Under the pieces are notes generated by a model. It saw only the letters and a program-made list of their open reading frames with translations. It did no database searches and was not told where the DNA came from. From Podarcis tiliguerta (Eukaryota): a stretch of DNA of 64,000 nt. Within the stretch, counting starts at the first letter, position 1; every line of letters begins with the position of its first letter. The DNA lies in NCBI GenBank assembly GCA_965153285.1, contig OZ229111.1, one strand, 5' to 3'. Below, in pieces: positions 24,669-37,536 of the stretch. The translations under genes and the position numbers were made by a program.

Positions 24669-26577
24669 GAAGCTTCTCCTTTTGTGTCTGCTAGCGAGAC
24701 TGGATATTAAGGGACAGAGCAGGCCACCAGTTGTATACAACAAGTTTTGCTTAGCTCTGCTTCATTCCAATCCCACTTTGCACCTCTCAATCTTTCCTCT
24801 TGTTTTACTGTTAAGTATTATGCGCTTTAAGAGAACACATTACCCTAGGCTTCCTTTCCCACATTCTCAATTAATCCAATACTTTTATGGGTTCCAAAGA
24901 GCTTTGGGGCAAAGCTTCCTGTTTGGTTCAGGGAACCTGAGTCAGGTTTTGTGATAAGCCAGGGAGGGATTAACTAGAGAGTCTGGAGTCAATATGCTCA
25001 AGTAAATGTAAGAGGAGCTTTCATCAATTTTGGAGAGCAGAAACACTAGTCAGGGTGCTGGGCAGCTGCCCCAGAAATAGGCGTGCACAATATTTCTACC
25101 CCACTCCGGTGAATATGCCCAAGACCCAGGCAGAGATTTTAAAGATTTTTTCTTATTGAAAAGTTGGCTGTTCAACTCATTGCCATGAATGAATGTTTGC
25201 AGATGTATACTGTTACATTTTTTTTAAAAAAAACCTGATACTACTGCATACATTCTTGAGGATTTTTGTCAACCCTGTAAGAATTCATGATTTCCATTGG
25301 CAGGGTGTGTGAAATATTCAAATAAAAACATTATTTTCACCGAAACCATGCTCTCCCATATAAAACCATACTCGATGGTACACAGCAATGTACTTGAATA
25401 TCTATATTCACACAACAAATTGTAGAGGGGGAAGAAAACCCCCAACATCATGAGGCACTGAAAAACATCTGCAATTCTAGACAAAAATGACAAAGGCACG
25501 TGCACACACACTCACAGCCCTGTGTCTGCTCCGACACACGCAATGGCCTGCCCCCATGTGGACACGCTCACTCTCACATGCACCACGCTAATAGGAATCA
25601 GGAGCATAATTTTTCCTCTAATTACATATTCAGCACTTCTGAGAAAATGAGATTTGGGTAATTCAATTGGACTGAGAAACAGGGCTCTAATAAAATGGAA
25701 TTTGTAACAATTCCACAGTTAAATTAGTTAAATGGAGAGGAAGGAGCTCTGGCAAATTGACCCCTTGCTCTCCTAACGACTAATCAGACATTTGAACCAC
25801 ATTGTGCTAACAAAGCCCGTGGGTTGCCGCAGAAACTGTGGGGAAGGAACAACTACAAAGCTGGGAAAGAAACGGGAGAGATCGGGTGTGTTGCTCTTGA
25901 AAGCCACACAGAAAGGGACAGTGAAACGTATCAGCCGTGGCATTTTAAATGGAAAATTGGCCTTGTCTGTGCCGGTGAAAAGAACTAGCTGCTGAAATGA
26001 GAGGGGCTGCAGCTTTCACAGAAGGAAAACAGCCCAGTCTGGTTCTTCCTCACCATGACAGAAATGTGAACTCTGGTAGGGATGGAGGGCTTGGTGATTT
26101 GGTACAAGGAAAAGAGACAACCTAGATGCCTTCTTTTTGGATTTTCATTGTTTAATGGGGGGGGGGGGAGAGACCTGGGGTACCTATTGGGGAACGGAAA
26201 TTGTGGCTTTTGTGGCTTTGGACCAGGCCTGCAAAAAGCGTATCCCACAAGTGGGCTCCATTTTGGGTACATTCTGGTGTGCACAACTGCAACATCTACA
26301 ACTAGGCTTTTGACAAACCTTTTTAAGTGGAGACTTTTATTTCAGTCTGTACTGGAACCGTTTTTAAACTGCTTTTAATATGTGGAATTGTTTTCAAGTG
26401 TTTGTATTTTTTTATATATTGGATGACTTTTAATTGTTTTGTATATAAAAGCTGTGTTTTAATTGTTCATAACACTTGTTTTACCATTGTAATTGTTTTG
26501 TTTATCTTTATCATTGTACAATTTATTGTTGCAGCACACCCTGCGACCTTGCGGTGAAGGGCAGGTAGGAAATCTAA

Positions 26578-26621
26578 TAAAACAAACAAACAAGCAAACA
26601 AACAAAAACAAACAAACAAAC
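26578..26621 (+). repeat. (AAAC)n microsatellite, probably the tail of an L2-like 3' end (~26330-26580)
   Basis: Directly visible; preceded by a T-rich stretch and gaagggcaggtaggaaatctaataa. Confidence 0.8.
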
Positions 26622-27094
26622 CATCAACTCTATTCACTGGCGCCTCACTAAGGCAATTTCACTGCGCTGTCAGTGCAGGATGGTTACGTGTCACACAGTT
26701 CTCATTTAAAGAGGAATTGTTCATTTGGACAGAATTCCTGCTATTTGAGAAAAAGTGGAAGAAAGCCGCCGGGTCGCCACAGCGACAGATTTCAGATTAC
26801 TCATCCCGGAGCCTATGGCAGGCAGGCAGGCAGCACCTAAGAAGGCCTACAACAAGGCAGCTCACCCTCCTTTCATTGCAACTGCTTTTTGGTAACTCCA
26901 GTTATTTTTCTATAGCAAGTTGCCACTAACAACTTCTATTTCCACACCTCTCAAAATTAGGAGGGAGGAGATTGCCATTTTCACACTACTGAATTATTTT
27001 CATCTATCCTTCCTTTTCCCTCCCTCCTTAACCCCTACCCCAGATCATTTCAAATAATGTGGGGAGAACCCATCCCACTACTCAAATGGAATAT

Positions 27095-27280
27095 ATGAAG
27101 CTCCCACTGGTCCATCTAGCCTGTGTTGTCTGCTCTGATCTGCAGCAGATCTCAAAGGTCTTGGGGAGAGGCTCTTTTCAAGCAAGTGCTACCTGAGATT
27201 ATTTAGCTAGAGATTCCAGGGATTGGATCAGGGACCTCCTGCACACAAAATGTTTGCTCCTCTACCAAGCTGCGGCTCCT
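27095..27280 (-). mobile_element. Older tRNA-derived squamate SINE
   Basis: Reverse-complement similarity to 24498-24668 (ccaggggattggatcagggacctcctgcac...ctctaccaagctg). Confidence 0.55.
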
Positions 27281-27450
27281 CTGTGGAAAGATTTGTTTTC
27301 ACCAACTTTCACTGCACATCCAATCCACCTGTCTGTCCATTATGGTCTGCCATGAAGTGAGTGGACAATTAGGGTTCCACTGGGAGCTATATGAAGACCT
27401 GCACCACAGTGAGGTCAGTGCCAGGTTGGTCAAGACAGATGCATCTTTTT

Positions 27451-27907
27451 TATAGTTAAAGCTATGGTTTCCCCAGTAGTGATGTATGGAAGTGAGAGCT
27501 GGACCACAAAAAAAAGTTGACCGCTGAAGAATTGATGCTTTTGAATTATGCTGCTGGAGGAGACTCTTGAGAGTCCCATGGACTGCAAGAAGATAAAACC
27601 TCTCCATTCTGAAGGAAATCAGCCCTGAGTGCTCACTGGAAGGACAGATCGTGAAGCTGAGGCTCCAATACTTTGGCCACCTCATGAGAAGAGAAGACTC
27701 CATGGAAAAGACCCTGATGTTGGGAAAGATTGAGGGCACAAGGAGAAGGGGACGACAGAGGACAAGATGGTTGGACAATGTTCTCGAAGCTACCAGCATG
27801 AGTTTGACCAAACTGCGGGAGGCAGTGGAAGATAGGAGTGCCTGGCGTGCTCTGGTCCATGGGGTCACGAAGAGTCAGACACGACTAAACGACTAAACAG
27901 CAACAAG
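27451..27907 (+). mobile_element. RTE-BovB LINE, 5'-truncated 3' fragment
   Basis: Encodes ...LQYFGHLMRREDSMEKTLMLGKIEGTRRRGRQRTRWLD...WRALVHGVTKSQTRLND, the characteristic BovB C-terminus. Disrupted upstream; ends in a (CAA)-like tail. Confidence 0.95.
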
Positions 27908-29450
27908 GCTGCTCTGGAGGTGCCCTCATTATGGCCAGTAACTCTTTCTCTCCAAGGGTCAAGTTTGAGGGAGTAGGAATCCTGCCAATCCTTAGAGCAG
28001 TTTTGCACTTAAAAAAATGAATCCCTTTTTAACTAACAAAGTGATAAATATCAAGACACACAGCACGTTTAACAATAAAACAAAAAGGCAGATAGCCCAC
28101 TGGAAACATGGAGCAGGTTCGAGTCTGAAAACTTGGGCCAGTGTTTGGTTCACAGTAACGGAAGATGTACAACTTCCTAATCAATAGACAGGTGAGCTCT
28201 ACTATTATATTGCGTCTGTCTTCACACTTGGAACCCCAGAAATCTCCATACCTGTGTAATTTCAGGTACACAGGGGATGCAGAGATAATCTGTTCCCAAC
28301 AATCTAAATGGCATTAATAACCAACAACAGCAAAACACTGAATTTCACTTGTTCAAATCAATGCTTCATAGAAACAGAAGAGTGCACCTAAGTTTGAATG
28401 TGGTAAAAATATTTTAAAAAAAATTATTAAAGAAAGAGCTGAAAAGTCATGGCTGAGGGGAATTGGAAGAGAGCAAACATATATACAACAGACTTTGCTT
28501 ATACTAAATGCTCACTTCCTTAGACTGTGTGAAAGGTTTAGGGGGCAACTTCCATGGAAGCATGCCTGCCTCCATCATTCTGAACCTAAAATGTATGTAT
28601 TCCATTTGCTTTGGTCGATCCTGAGCAAATTAATTCTACTTCTACACACTTGCACATGCGTTCCAAATTCCAAACCGAATAGAATAAACATAGATTGTGG
28701 TGATATGACGTTCTAAGAGCACAGACAACTCAAGAAACCCCAGGCTGTACCTTCCTCACATATGAGCAAATGTTTTGCCCAGACAACCTCGGTGAGTGAG
28801 GCAGCACGAAGATCTTGGCCAGCAACACCAGAAATTGCCAAAAGGAGGGGGCTTCAAGAGCCAGTTTCAGAGAAGGCTGCAGCCAACCTCTCAAAGGAGA
28901 GCAACTGCTGTTGGGAGATTCATAGGGCTTGGCTTGGCTGGATGGGCAGTGTGCAGGACCTGCTCAATCTCCACTGGAGAACGAGGTGCTTGATACGTCC
29001 CTCCGAGTCCCCACACTTTGTGGTGCATCAGCAGCGAGAGGAAGGCGGGGAGGGAGGGTGCACAAGGCCACAGCATCTCTGATCCATCACCCTGGCAGCG
29101 CTGATTGGAAAGGAGAGGGGATCGATATGGAGCGAGAAGGTGTCGGCGTCAGGGATTCGTGGCTGTCAGGGCCTCTGAACGGGCCGGTGAGGGCTGGGGA
29201 AAGCGCTCTGGCTCTGCAAGGTGGGAAAGTGCTGAAGTGGTCACTTGCAAAGGGTGGGCGAGTAATAGAATCAGGTTATAGCAATAGTGCAGTGAGTGTG
29301 CTAGGCATTGTGTGTAGAGCGGGGGGGGGGGGGGCTGTCTCATTATTTGCAGTGGGAGGCAGGCTGCAAAAATGGGGGGGGGGGAGCTCTTGGTTTCTTA
29401 AAAGCTGGGGTGGGATGGCCCCAGGTCAGAGGTCTCTCCTTTTGTATGTA

Positions 29451-29692
29451 CAGTGGTACCCCGGATTAAGAACTTAATTCGTTCCGGAGGTCCTTTCTTA
29501 ACCTGAAACTGTTCTTAACCTGAAGCACTACTTTAGCTAATGGGGCCTCCCGCTGCTGCCGCGCCGCCAGAGCACGATTTCTGTTCTCATCCTGAAGCAA
29601 AGTTCTTAACCCGAGGTACTATTTCTGGATTAGCGGAGTCTGTAACCTGAAGCATCTGTAACCTGAAGCGTCTGTAACCCGAGGTACCACTG
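29451..29692 (-). mobile_element. Tc1/mariner-type MITE, family A copy 2 (inverted)
   Basis: TA|CAGTGGTACC...GGTACCACTG|TA; reverse orientation relative to the other copies. Confidence 0.93.
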
Positions 29693-30612
29693 TATCGCTC
29701 TGCTGTAGCTTGCCCAGTGAGAAGGTAGCAAAGGCCACCTAGCAGAAACATCTGGGCATGAGTGCATGTCCCTGTGGAGCCATGGCCAAGAAATGCATGC
29801 ATTCTCACAATCTCTTGCACACTGAACAATGTCTCACAATTGCCCTTAAAAAAAAAAAAATCTCACTGCTGACCCCCCCACTCTCCATACAACATCGCAA
29901 ACAACTCCATGGTGGCTAAAACATCCAGCAGATACAGATGCATGAAACTATAGCCCTTGATCTGCATTATATACACCAGAGATGAATGCATTCCTTGGGA
30001 ACTAAAACCACTGCATTCAGAGGTGCTTCTGATGTTACCGGAGAAGACCAAAGTAACACAAGAAGAAAGGTCCATAGTACAACACTCAGCTGCGGGATGA
30101 GTTTGGCTTTGCAAATGACATACATGCCACCAAACTGGACAGCGTCCCAGCCATAATTCCCACCCACCCCTTCTCTTTCATTTGAGGTAGAGTGCCGGCA
30201 TTTTAATTCATCTGTTCATTTATTCCTTACTGACGAGGGCTGTAAGAAGGCATCATTGTCTGTTGTGCCCTGTACTCATTGCATGCAGCCCTGTTTCAGG
30301 ACTGCTGCAGTTTGTCTTCTGCCAAAAGCTATACTATTTGTCTTGCTATGTGCCATGCTGAAATTATGTAAATCACATAAACTATGTTGTTGTTGTTATT
30401 CCGCAACATTCATTTCAATGCAAGGAAAACAACGCAAGGGTTGGGGGGGGACACACATAATAAATTACATGTTGTTTGTGGACTGAAAACAGCAGCAACA
30501 TTGAATACAGATTGTATTTGTAGGATTGATTTCCATTTCGGACATAAGACAAATAAGCCAACATCGGCAATTTTGCTCCCATTTCCATAGGAAGTCTCTA
30601 GCATCCCTATTA

Positions 30613-30854
30613 CAGTGGTACCTCGGGTTACATACGCTTCAGGTTACATACTCTTCAGGTTACAGACTCCGCTAACCCAGAAATAGTACCTCGGGTTAAG
30701 AACTTTGCTTCAGGATGAGAACAGAAATTGTGCTCCAGCGGCGCGGCAGCAGCGGGAGGCCCCATTAGCTAAAGTGGTGCTTCAGGTTAAGAACAGTTTC
30801 AGGTTAAGAACGGACCTCCGGAACGAATTAAGTACTTAACCTGAGGTACCACTG
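30613..30854 (+). mobile_element. Tc1/mariner-type MITE, family A copy 3
   Basis: TA|CAGTGGTACCTCGGGTTA...GAGGTACCACTG|TA. Confidence 0.95.
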
Positions 30855-32215
30855 TAGTGACCACCAATAAACACAATATGAAACTTTTTTTTAAAAAAAA
30901 ACCCCTGCTCTGGTGCTGGGTGTGAGAGAGAAATTAGTTGGCAACCTCAAGAAAAAAAGTCAATTAGAACTGTTTCTACACCGAAAAAGCAAACCTGCCC
31001 CCGCCCCGGCCCAGCTGGATGCTGGGGAAGAGCAGGTTTGGACTGATTTTAGCCAGGGTACTTCCAGAATGGCTCCACTGATCTAAATTTTTTTTTAAAA
31101 AAATGTTTCTGGTATCTCCACCCTACATTCCCTTATTTATGTTTTGAGAACAAATATAGCAGAAGAACCAGGAGAAGTGGGATTTATTTAAATGCTGGAG
31201 AGGCTCGAAACAGGGGTAAAGACTGAGGTGGGTGCGGGCAGGCAGAAACTTGCCTTGGGGCGAATGAAGAGAGTGGATATGTTAGAGATCTCATGTAGGC
31301 AGCATCCCAGGGCTAAATGTGAAAAGCAGCCAGAGAAATCAATGGGCTTCACTCTTAACCTTCGCACTGAAGGCTACACTCCAGCCGGACAAAGGTCAGA
31401 GAGTTTCTATACAGCCCTGCTGCCCCACATTTATGCCTCTCGCTATCTGAGAAAGAACGAAAGTTGCCATAGTTCCAAGGGCACATTCCAGCCTGGCAAA
31501 AGCATTTGGGGAGGACACAGAACATAGCAGTTGATAGGTGGGAGAGGGCCTGGGGAGATTCCTGAGGGAATCCTGGAGGGCTACATTCAGCCTCCCCCCC
31601 CCCCCGACTACTATAAGGAAGGGTTAGGGAGGGAGATTTAGGCCCTGGGGCAAAAGAAGCAGGGTTGGTCCTCATGGACCCAGTGGCTGGTATGGGCCTG
31701 TGCAGTGTGTATGTTCACGCAGGTGGAGAAAAAGCAGTGGAAAATTCTCACAGCCATAGCTGACAAGAAGAGCACCAGGGAGGCAGCCCTGCGCCCTCCT
31801 CAATCACACGCAGCCGCTGCCTTTGTTTCCAGATCCAGGACAACCACATTGTGATATTTATCAGGTTAAGATTTCATAAGAAAGAAACCGGGAGTAGGGG
31901 CTCAGAATGCAAGGAAATGCTGAGTTTCATTTGCAGGCTAATTAGACTAATTAACTCTAATTAACTCACCGCAACATGCAGTTCCCAAACCAACATGCTG
32001 GCTCATTCTATTTCTTTATTCCTCTTATCCCTTCCAGAACAGCTTATTTTGGGGCGGTGTGTGTGTGGGGGGGGGGGGGTAGGGAAAACAACTGTGGCCT
32101 AACCACTCACCCTAGTAATACTTCTTTCCCCTCAGATCTAAAAGTGTGGGTAATGCAGACAGTTGTTGAGAAGACCATCCCCAGCCCGTGTGAATAATGA
32201 TTGGGTTGGGGAAGC

Positions 32216-32340
32216 CAGACCCTCCAACATTTCTCCAACGAAAATAGGAAAAGCAGACATTCCAGGATCAACTAGGAAACTGGGACGGCTTTTGTAAATC
32301 CAGGACTGTCCCTGGAAAATAGGGACACTTGGAGGGTCTG
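32216..32340. mobile_element. MITE with 8-bp TSD (hAT- or P-type)
   Basis: TIR CAGACCCTCCAA...TTGGAGGGTCTG; perfect TSD GGGGAAGC at 32208-32215 and 32341-32348. Confidence 0.9.
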
Positions 32341-32372
32341 GGGGAAGCACAGTGCCAGTCTATCACCTTATA

Positions 32373-32717
32373 CAGCAGTGCCTTGCAAGACAAAAAGAAT
32401 CCGTTCCGCGAGTCTCTTCGTCTAGCGGTTTTTTCGTCTTGCGAAGCAACCCTATTAGCGGATTAGCGCTATTAGCGGTTTAGCGGCTATTAAAGGCTTA
32501 AGGGATTAGCGGATTAGCTGCTAAAAGGCTATTAGCAGCTTAGTGCCTTAGAAAAAGGGTGGGGAGTGAAAAAAAATCGCAAGAATCGCAAGACATTTTC
32601 GTCTTGCAAAGCAAGCCCATAGAGAAATTCGTCCTGCGAAGCACCTCCAAAACTGAAAACCCTTTCGTCTAGCGGGTTTTCCGTCTTGCGAGGCATTCGT
32701 CTTGCGGGGCACCACTG
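32373..32717. mobile_element. Tc1/mariner-type MITE, family B
   Basis: TA-flanked; TIR CAG(C/T)(A/G)GTGCC..GCAAGAC; internal ttcgtcttgcgaagca and attagcgg repeats. Confidence 0.88.
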
Positions 32718-33604
32718 TACTGTAGTCCATGAATGGAATAATTTGCTTTCCCAGAAGCCTTTTCTTCCCAAGGCCCCACTTCCTGGCTCACAGGAACTTT
32801 GCTGCATGCTGCTGCATACGCCTCATTCCTGTTCTTTGGCATTAAGGATCAGGCATCGTAAGGAACTGTAAACAGCCCGGCATACCTCTGTCTAGGGACG
32901 CTGTATCTTTAAAAAAATGTAGTCGGCAACCTGTGTGCTATAATTGATAGTGCACTGGGCTTGGACTAGGGGGAGGCATGAATTGATTTCTGATGGCAGA
33001 ACCTCATGTACGTTCCCTTGAGTGCAAGAAGAGCAGGATACCAATGCAATAAATAAACTTGTGCGTCAGTTCATTTTGAGAACTCTTAACTTTTGATTAC
33101 CGGCTTGTGACATTTTAGTTGATCCTATTATGGCTCTGCTTTGGCTTTTGTTCATTTCAGGAATACACCTTAGGCACACTGTGGCCCTGGAGTGAAACTC
33201 GCTAGACCAGATGCTGATCAAACCATGTACTTTTATTTATATTTCCAGGAGGCACTTCTTCTGCCCAAAGGCCTTCAAAATGACTTCCAAGGCAAAAGAC
33301 AAACGATACCTTCCACAAGAAATACATATCAAAGTGACAACAGCCCCACCCACCCCCATCACTGAGCAAACAGCGCCACAAAATACAAAAATTAAAAGCC
33401 AGAGAAGCAAGTCCAGTGAAATATCAATGGTACTTATAGGTTGATAGAAGTCCTGTGATGTGGGTGCCAAACAAATCCTCGGAGAAGGGATTTCCACAAC
33501 TGAGGGACCACTATTGAAAAGGCCCTGTCCCTCGCCACTGTCAGCCAAAGCTCTGACAGTGCAGGGATGAAACATCAGTGCGTTTGTAACATTCTTCAGA
33601 AGTA

Positions 33605-33862
33605 CAGTGGTAGCTCGGGTTACATATGCTTCAGGTAACAGACGCTTCAGGTAACAGACGTTTCAGGTTACAGACTCCGCTAACCCAGAAATAGTACCTC
33701 GGGTTAAGAACTTTGCTTCAGGATGAGAACAAAAATTGTGCTCCGGCGGCACGGCGGCAGCAGGAGGCCCCATTAGCTGAAGTGGTGCTTCAGGTTAAGA
33801 ACAGTTTCAGGTTAAGAACAGACCTCCAAAATGAATTAAGTTCTTAACCCGAGGTACCACGG
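33605..33862 (+). mobile_element. Tc1/mariner-type MITE, family A copy 4
   Basis: TA-flanked, same internal sequence, four 16-bp subterminal units. Confidence 0.93.
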
Positions 33863-35633
33863 TAAAGAAAGAAAAAATTCTTAGGAACTATCACAGTTAA
33901 ATAAGAATAGTAGAATACCTCTATAAAACCACAATTATTTTTTAAATAAAAACCAAACCCATAAGAATGTAACACAAATCAGAAAGCATAATAAAGTAAG
34001 CCAGGAGATGTTTGGAAATACCCAGGAAAGGATCAAGGTCTTTACCTAGGGCCCTGAAGACATTGAAGCAGGTGCAAGGTGAGTGTCCTTGGGGAGAACA
34101 TTCGAAGCCTGGTACACACCAACGGCAAAGCCATCTTCTCCCTTATTGTTACCTGCTTCACTCTGAAGGGGTGGGGCATCTGGAAATGAGCCGCTGAAGA
34201 TCACTTCAGTGCGCCACCAAAATGCAAGTGGGGAAAGATTCAGGGATCCAGGTCCCTAGCAGTACAGGGCTTTAAAATAAAAGCATCATGTATTTTGATT
34301 TGTGCTTGGAAAGGCATGCTGTTCAGGGCCCTGTGTGTGATAGAGGAAGGCCTGGGTCCTTAAATGCTGGCCTAATCATGTATATAGCAGGGGGTGCGAT
34401 TTAAAGGGCAAAAGCGGGTGCGTGACTAACAAGTGCTGAAACCTCCCCTCCCTGTACATTTGCTATAGAGAGAGCTAGATTAGACTTGGCTTGTGTCGCA
34501 TTTGCTAAAAAGTTTATCCACAACTGGTTAATTAGCAGATTAATCAATTAAAGCTTTAGTTGTTTAATCTGTAAGGACAAATTTTAATTAGTGAGGCTGC
34601 ATGTTGAGGGCCTGCATTTTTTTCAAGAGTCTATTTTGGTTCTGGTGCAACTCAGGAATGGCCCTGCTACCATCAGGTGTATAGAGAGGTGGCTGCCGCA
34701 AGCCGCTAACTATGGGTGTCATGAAAGGGCAACAAACTGTTGGTTATTTGTTTAGTTATTATTGTATTTTTACTGCCGGGGAGGGGGAGAGGCACTTGCT
34801 GGAATTCCTGCCTCAAATGCCTATGTAACTTAACTGGCCTTGAATGAGATGCACCTTGACTTGGAGTGGGGCGTTGGACTGTTCCGCCTCAGGCAGCAAA
34901 AATGTTTGGGCCAGTTCCTGTGAGTCACAGGGAAGGAAGGAAACATTCAGGGCAGCCTCTCCTCTTCTAACAATTGATTGGCAGCTTTTGCTTGTTAAAC
35001 TGCAAGTTGTCTCGCACCTTGCGATTTCTGTTATTGATGTTGTGAAATTATGCAATTTTTTTAATTAAAAAAAAATAGTCAGCTAAAAGGAGATGATTAA
35101 TCTAAAGTTATTTAAGTGGCAGACCACCCTCAAAATAATGGGTGTGATTCACTTAAATAGCTCCATCAGTGGAAGCCCTGCACAAGGACTTCTGCTTGTA
35201 CAAGAAAACTACCCTCCCCCCATGACTGCACCCCACACACCCCAAAATTGACTTTGGAGGGGTCAAGAGAACTCCCAGAACACTGCATATGGGGAGGAGA
35301 GCGGGGGATCATTCTGTCCGGCAAGCTGAAATGTTTGTGCAGACAAAACATTTGTCACAGTGTGATGTTGAATGTTAGCCAACTCCCACACAGTGTTGAG
35401 TGGCACGGCTCGAAAAACCCTTTGAGCACTAAGAAAAAGTGTGATATAAATACCAAACTATTTTATTATTTACTGTTGTGGCTGGGCTGTGGAGGCATCA
35501 GATTCCAGAAGCCGTTCAGCTGGGGATCTAATGCTTAGCGTTCCTCATGACCCTGCAAGAGGATGACTGCAATCCCATTTACTGCTATCAGCTGTTTGAA
35601 AGCAGAGTATAACCCCCATACAGGCAATTGAAA

Positions 35634-36275
35634 TTAGCAAATTAGCTAAGATGTACAAATCAAAGTCTAAAATGTGCTGGAAATGTAAAGAAAAAGAGAG
35701 TACTTTTTATCGTATGTGGTGGTCAAGTGAGATGATAAAAGACTTCTGGGAAATGATATATAATGAACTGGGGAAAATGTTGAAAACCATTTTTCCTAAG
35801 AAACCAGAAGCTTTTCTTTCAGGTATTATAGAACCAAAGATCCCGAAGGACCAGACAAAACTATTTATGTATGCGACCACGGCTGCACGGACTCTCTTAG
35901 CTCAGAAATGGAAAAATGGTACAACTCTGACCAAAGAAGAGTGGTAAACAAAACTGATGAACTATGCTGAGATGGCAAAACTTACAGGAAGAATTAGAAA
36001 CCATGAAAAGGAGGTATTTAATAAATAATGGGGGAAAGTTTATAATTTATTGAAAACCTATTGCAAACAACTACATACATTGGCAGGATTGACAGAAAAC
36101 TTGTGGTAAAAATTTGAACTATGGATTGACAAAGGATTTATAAAAATAAGAGTTATGATAGAGATGCAGAGGGGGAAATCATTACATTAAAATCCACAAT
36201 GGGGGGGGGGAGTCAGAAGGGATTATATGTTTATTTTTTAATTCATTTGTTTATGTAAATGCAAAAATAAAATTT
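35634..36275 (+). mobile_element. L1-clade LINE, 5'-truncated 3' fragment with TSD
   Basis: ORF 35651-35947 (CWKCKEKESTFYRMWWS...FWEMI...ARTLLAQKWK) is a degenerate C-terminal zinc-knuckle region of reptile L1 ORF2. AATAAA at the 3' end; TSD ata(c/t)aggcaattgaaa at 35618-35633 and 36276-36291. Confidence 0.88.
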
Positions 36276-37210
36276 ATATAGGCAATTGAAAGCAACACTG
36301 AAGGCACAAGGGTCTTCGTCTTTGCTGGCATTATATGATTATTACAAATCAATGTTTCCAAGCCTAAAGCTAGGCAAGGAAAGTGGGAGCATTCTGCAAG
36401 CCATGGGTCAAATGGAGAGGAAGCAGTGATGAGCACCGAAATAAAGTGCAAAGCCAGTTCCTGGGTTTCTGGGAATTTTTATGGTGGTACCAGATGCTAG
36501 AGCAAGATATCTGGACATTAAAAAAAAAGCTGCTTCTCTGAATCTTCTGCGCTAGCCTGGACTGTGCTAGGAATTACTTAAATCCTCCTCCCCTAGTACC
36601 TATCTGAGTTGGGCTTACATATAAGCTCTAACATCACCCTCTGGTCTCTTTCAGGCCCCTAAGCACCCCCTTAGCAACTGACTGGTTCTAACATTAGTCC
36701 CACCACTGAGGCTGCTCCCCAGACTTGCTTTTCAGACTCCCGTTTCCTGCCAAATATTGCCTCATTCCTTGTAGAAGGTGCTGAATGCCAGGGATTACAT
36801 TCTTGCAGGATATGATCCAAACTCATCCAGAGGCTTGGATTGCATCCTGCTGATTCAGTGCAAACTCCATCAGTAATGGATGTGCATCTCCGATACAGCA
36901 AGAAGGTGGCTCAGAGCTGGCTCAGCCTCTCCAGAGATGGCATAGCCAAGAGCCAGCTGGACCTCTCAGGATTCAGTGAGAGACTTGGCAGAGAGGAACC
37001 AAGACTATGACATAGTTGGGGGGTGGGGTGGGCTTTAAATGGACTGGGACATTCCTATGAACTGCACCTCCATCAGTTTCCTGATGCACTTTGCCAGCTG
37101 TCCCGGTTGCTTGTATTTGCCACAACTACTTTGTCTCCAGAATATTTGCACAGCAACGCAAACTGAGGATGCAAAGCCTGCTGCACCAGATGCTTTTCCA
37201 GAACAACCAA

Positions 37211-37536
37211 TGTGGGTTAAACCACAGAACCTAGGACTTGCCGATCAGAAGGTTGGCGGTTCGAATCCCCGCGACAGGGTGAGCTCCCGTTGCTCGGTCC
37301 CAGCTCCTGCCAACCTAGCAGTTCGAAAGTGCAAGTAGATAAATAGGTACCGCTCCAGCGGAAAGGTAAACGGCATTTCCGTGTGCTGCTCTGGTTTGCC
37401 AGAAGCAGCTTAGTCATGCTGGCCACATGACCCGGAAGCTGTACGCAGGGTCCCACGGCCAATAAAGCGAGATGAGCGCTGCAACCCCAGAATCGGTCAT
37501 GACTGGACCTAATGGTCAGGGGTCCCTTTACCTTTA
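37211..37536 (+). mobile_element. Sauria SINE (Podarcis-type), slightly 5'-truncated
   Basis: tgtgggttaaaccacag...gatcagaaggttggcggttcgaatccc...gtagataaataggtacc...ccctttaccttta. Confidence 0.95.

Noticed and set aside
28929-29477. 182-aa plus-strand ORF
   Set aside because: Low-complexity Gly-rich product from G runs, ends inside a MITE, no recognisable domain.
32400-32710. Short repeated units resembling a CRISPR-like array
   Set aside because: Internal subrepeats of a TA-flanked MITE in vertebrate DNA; no regular spacers or cas genes.
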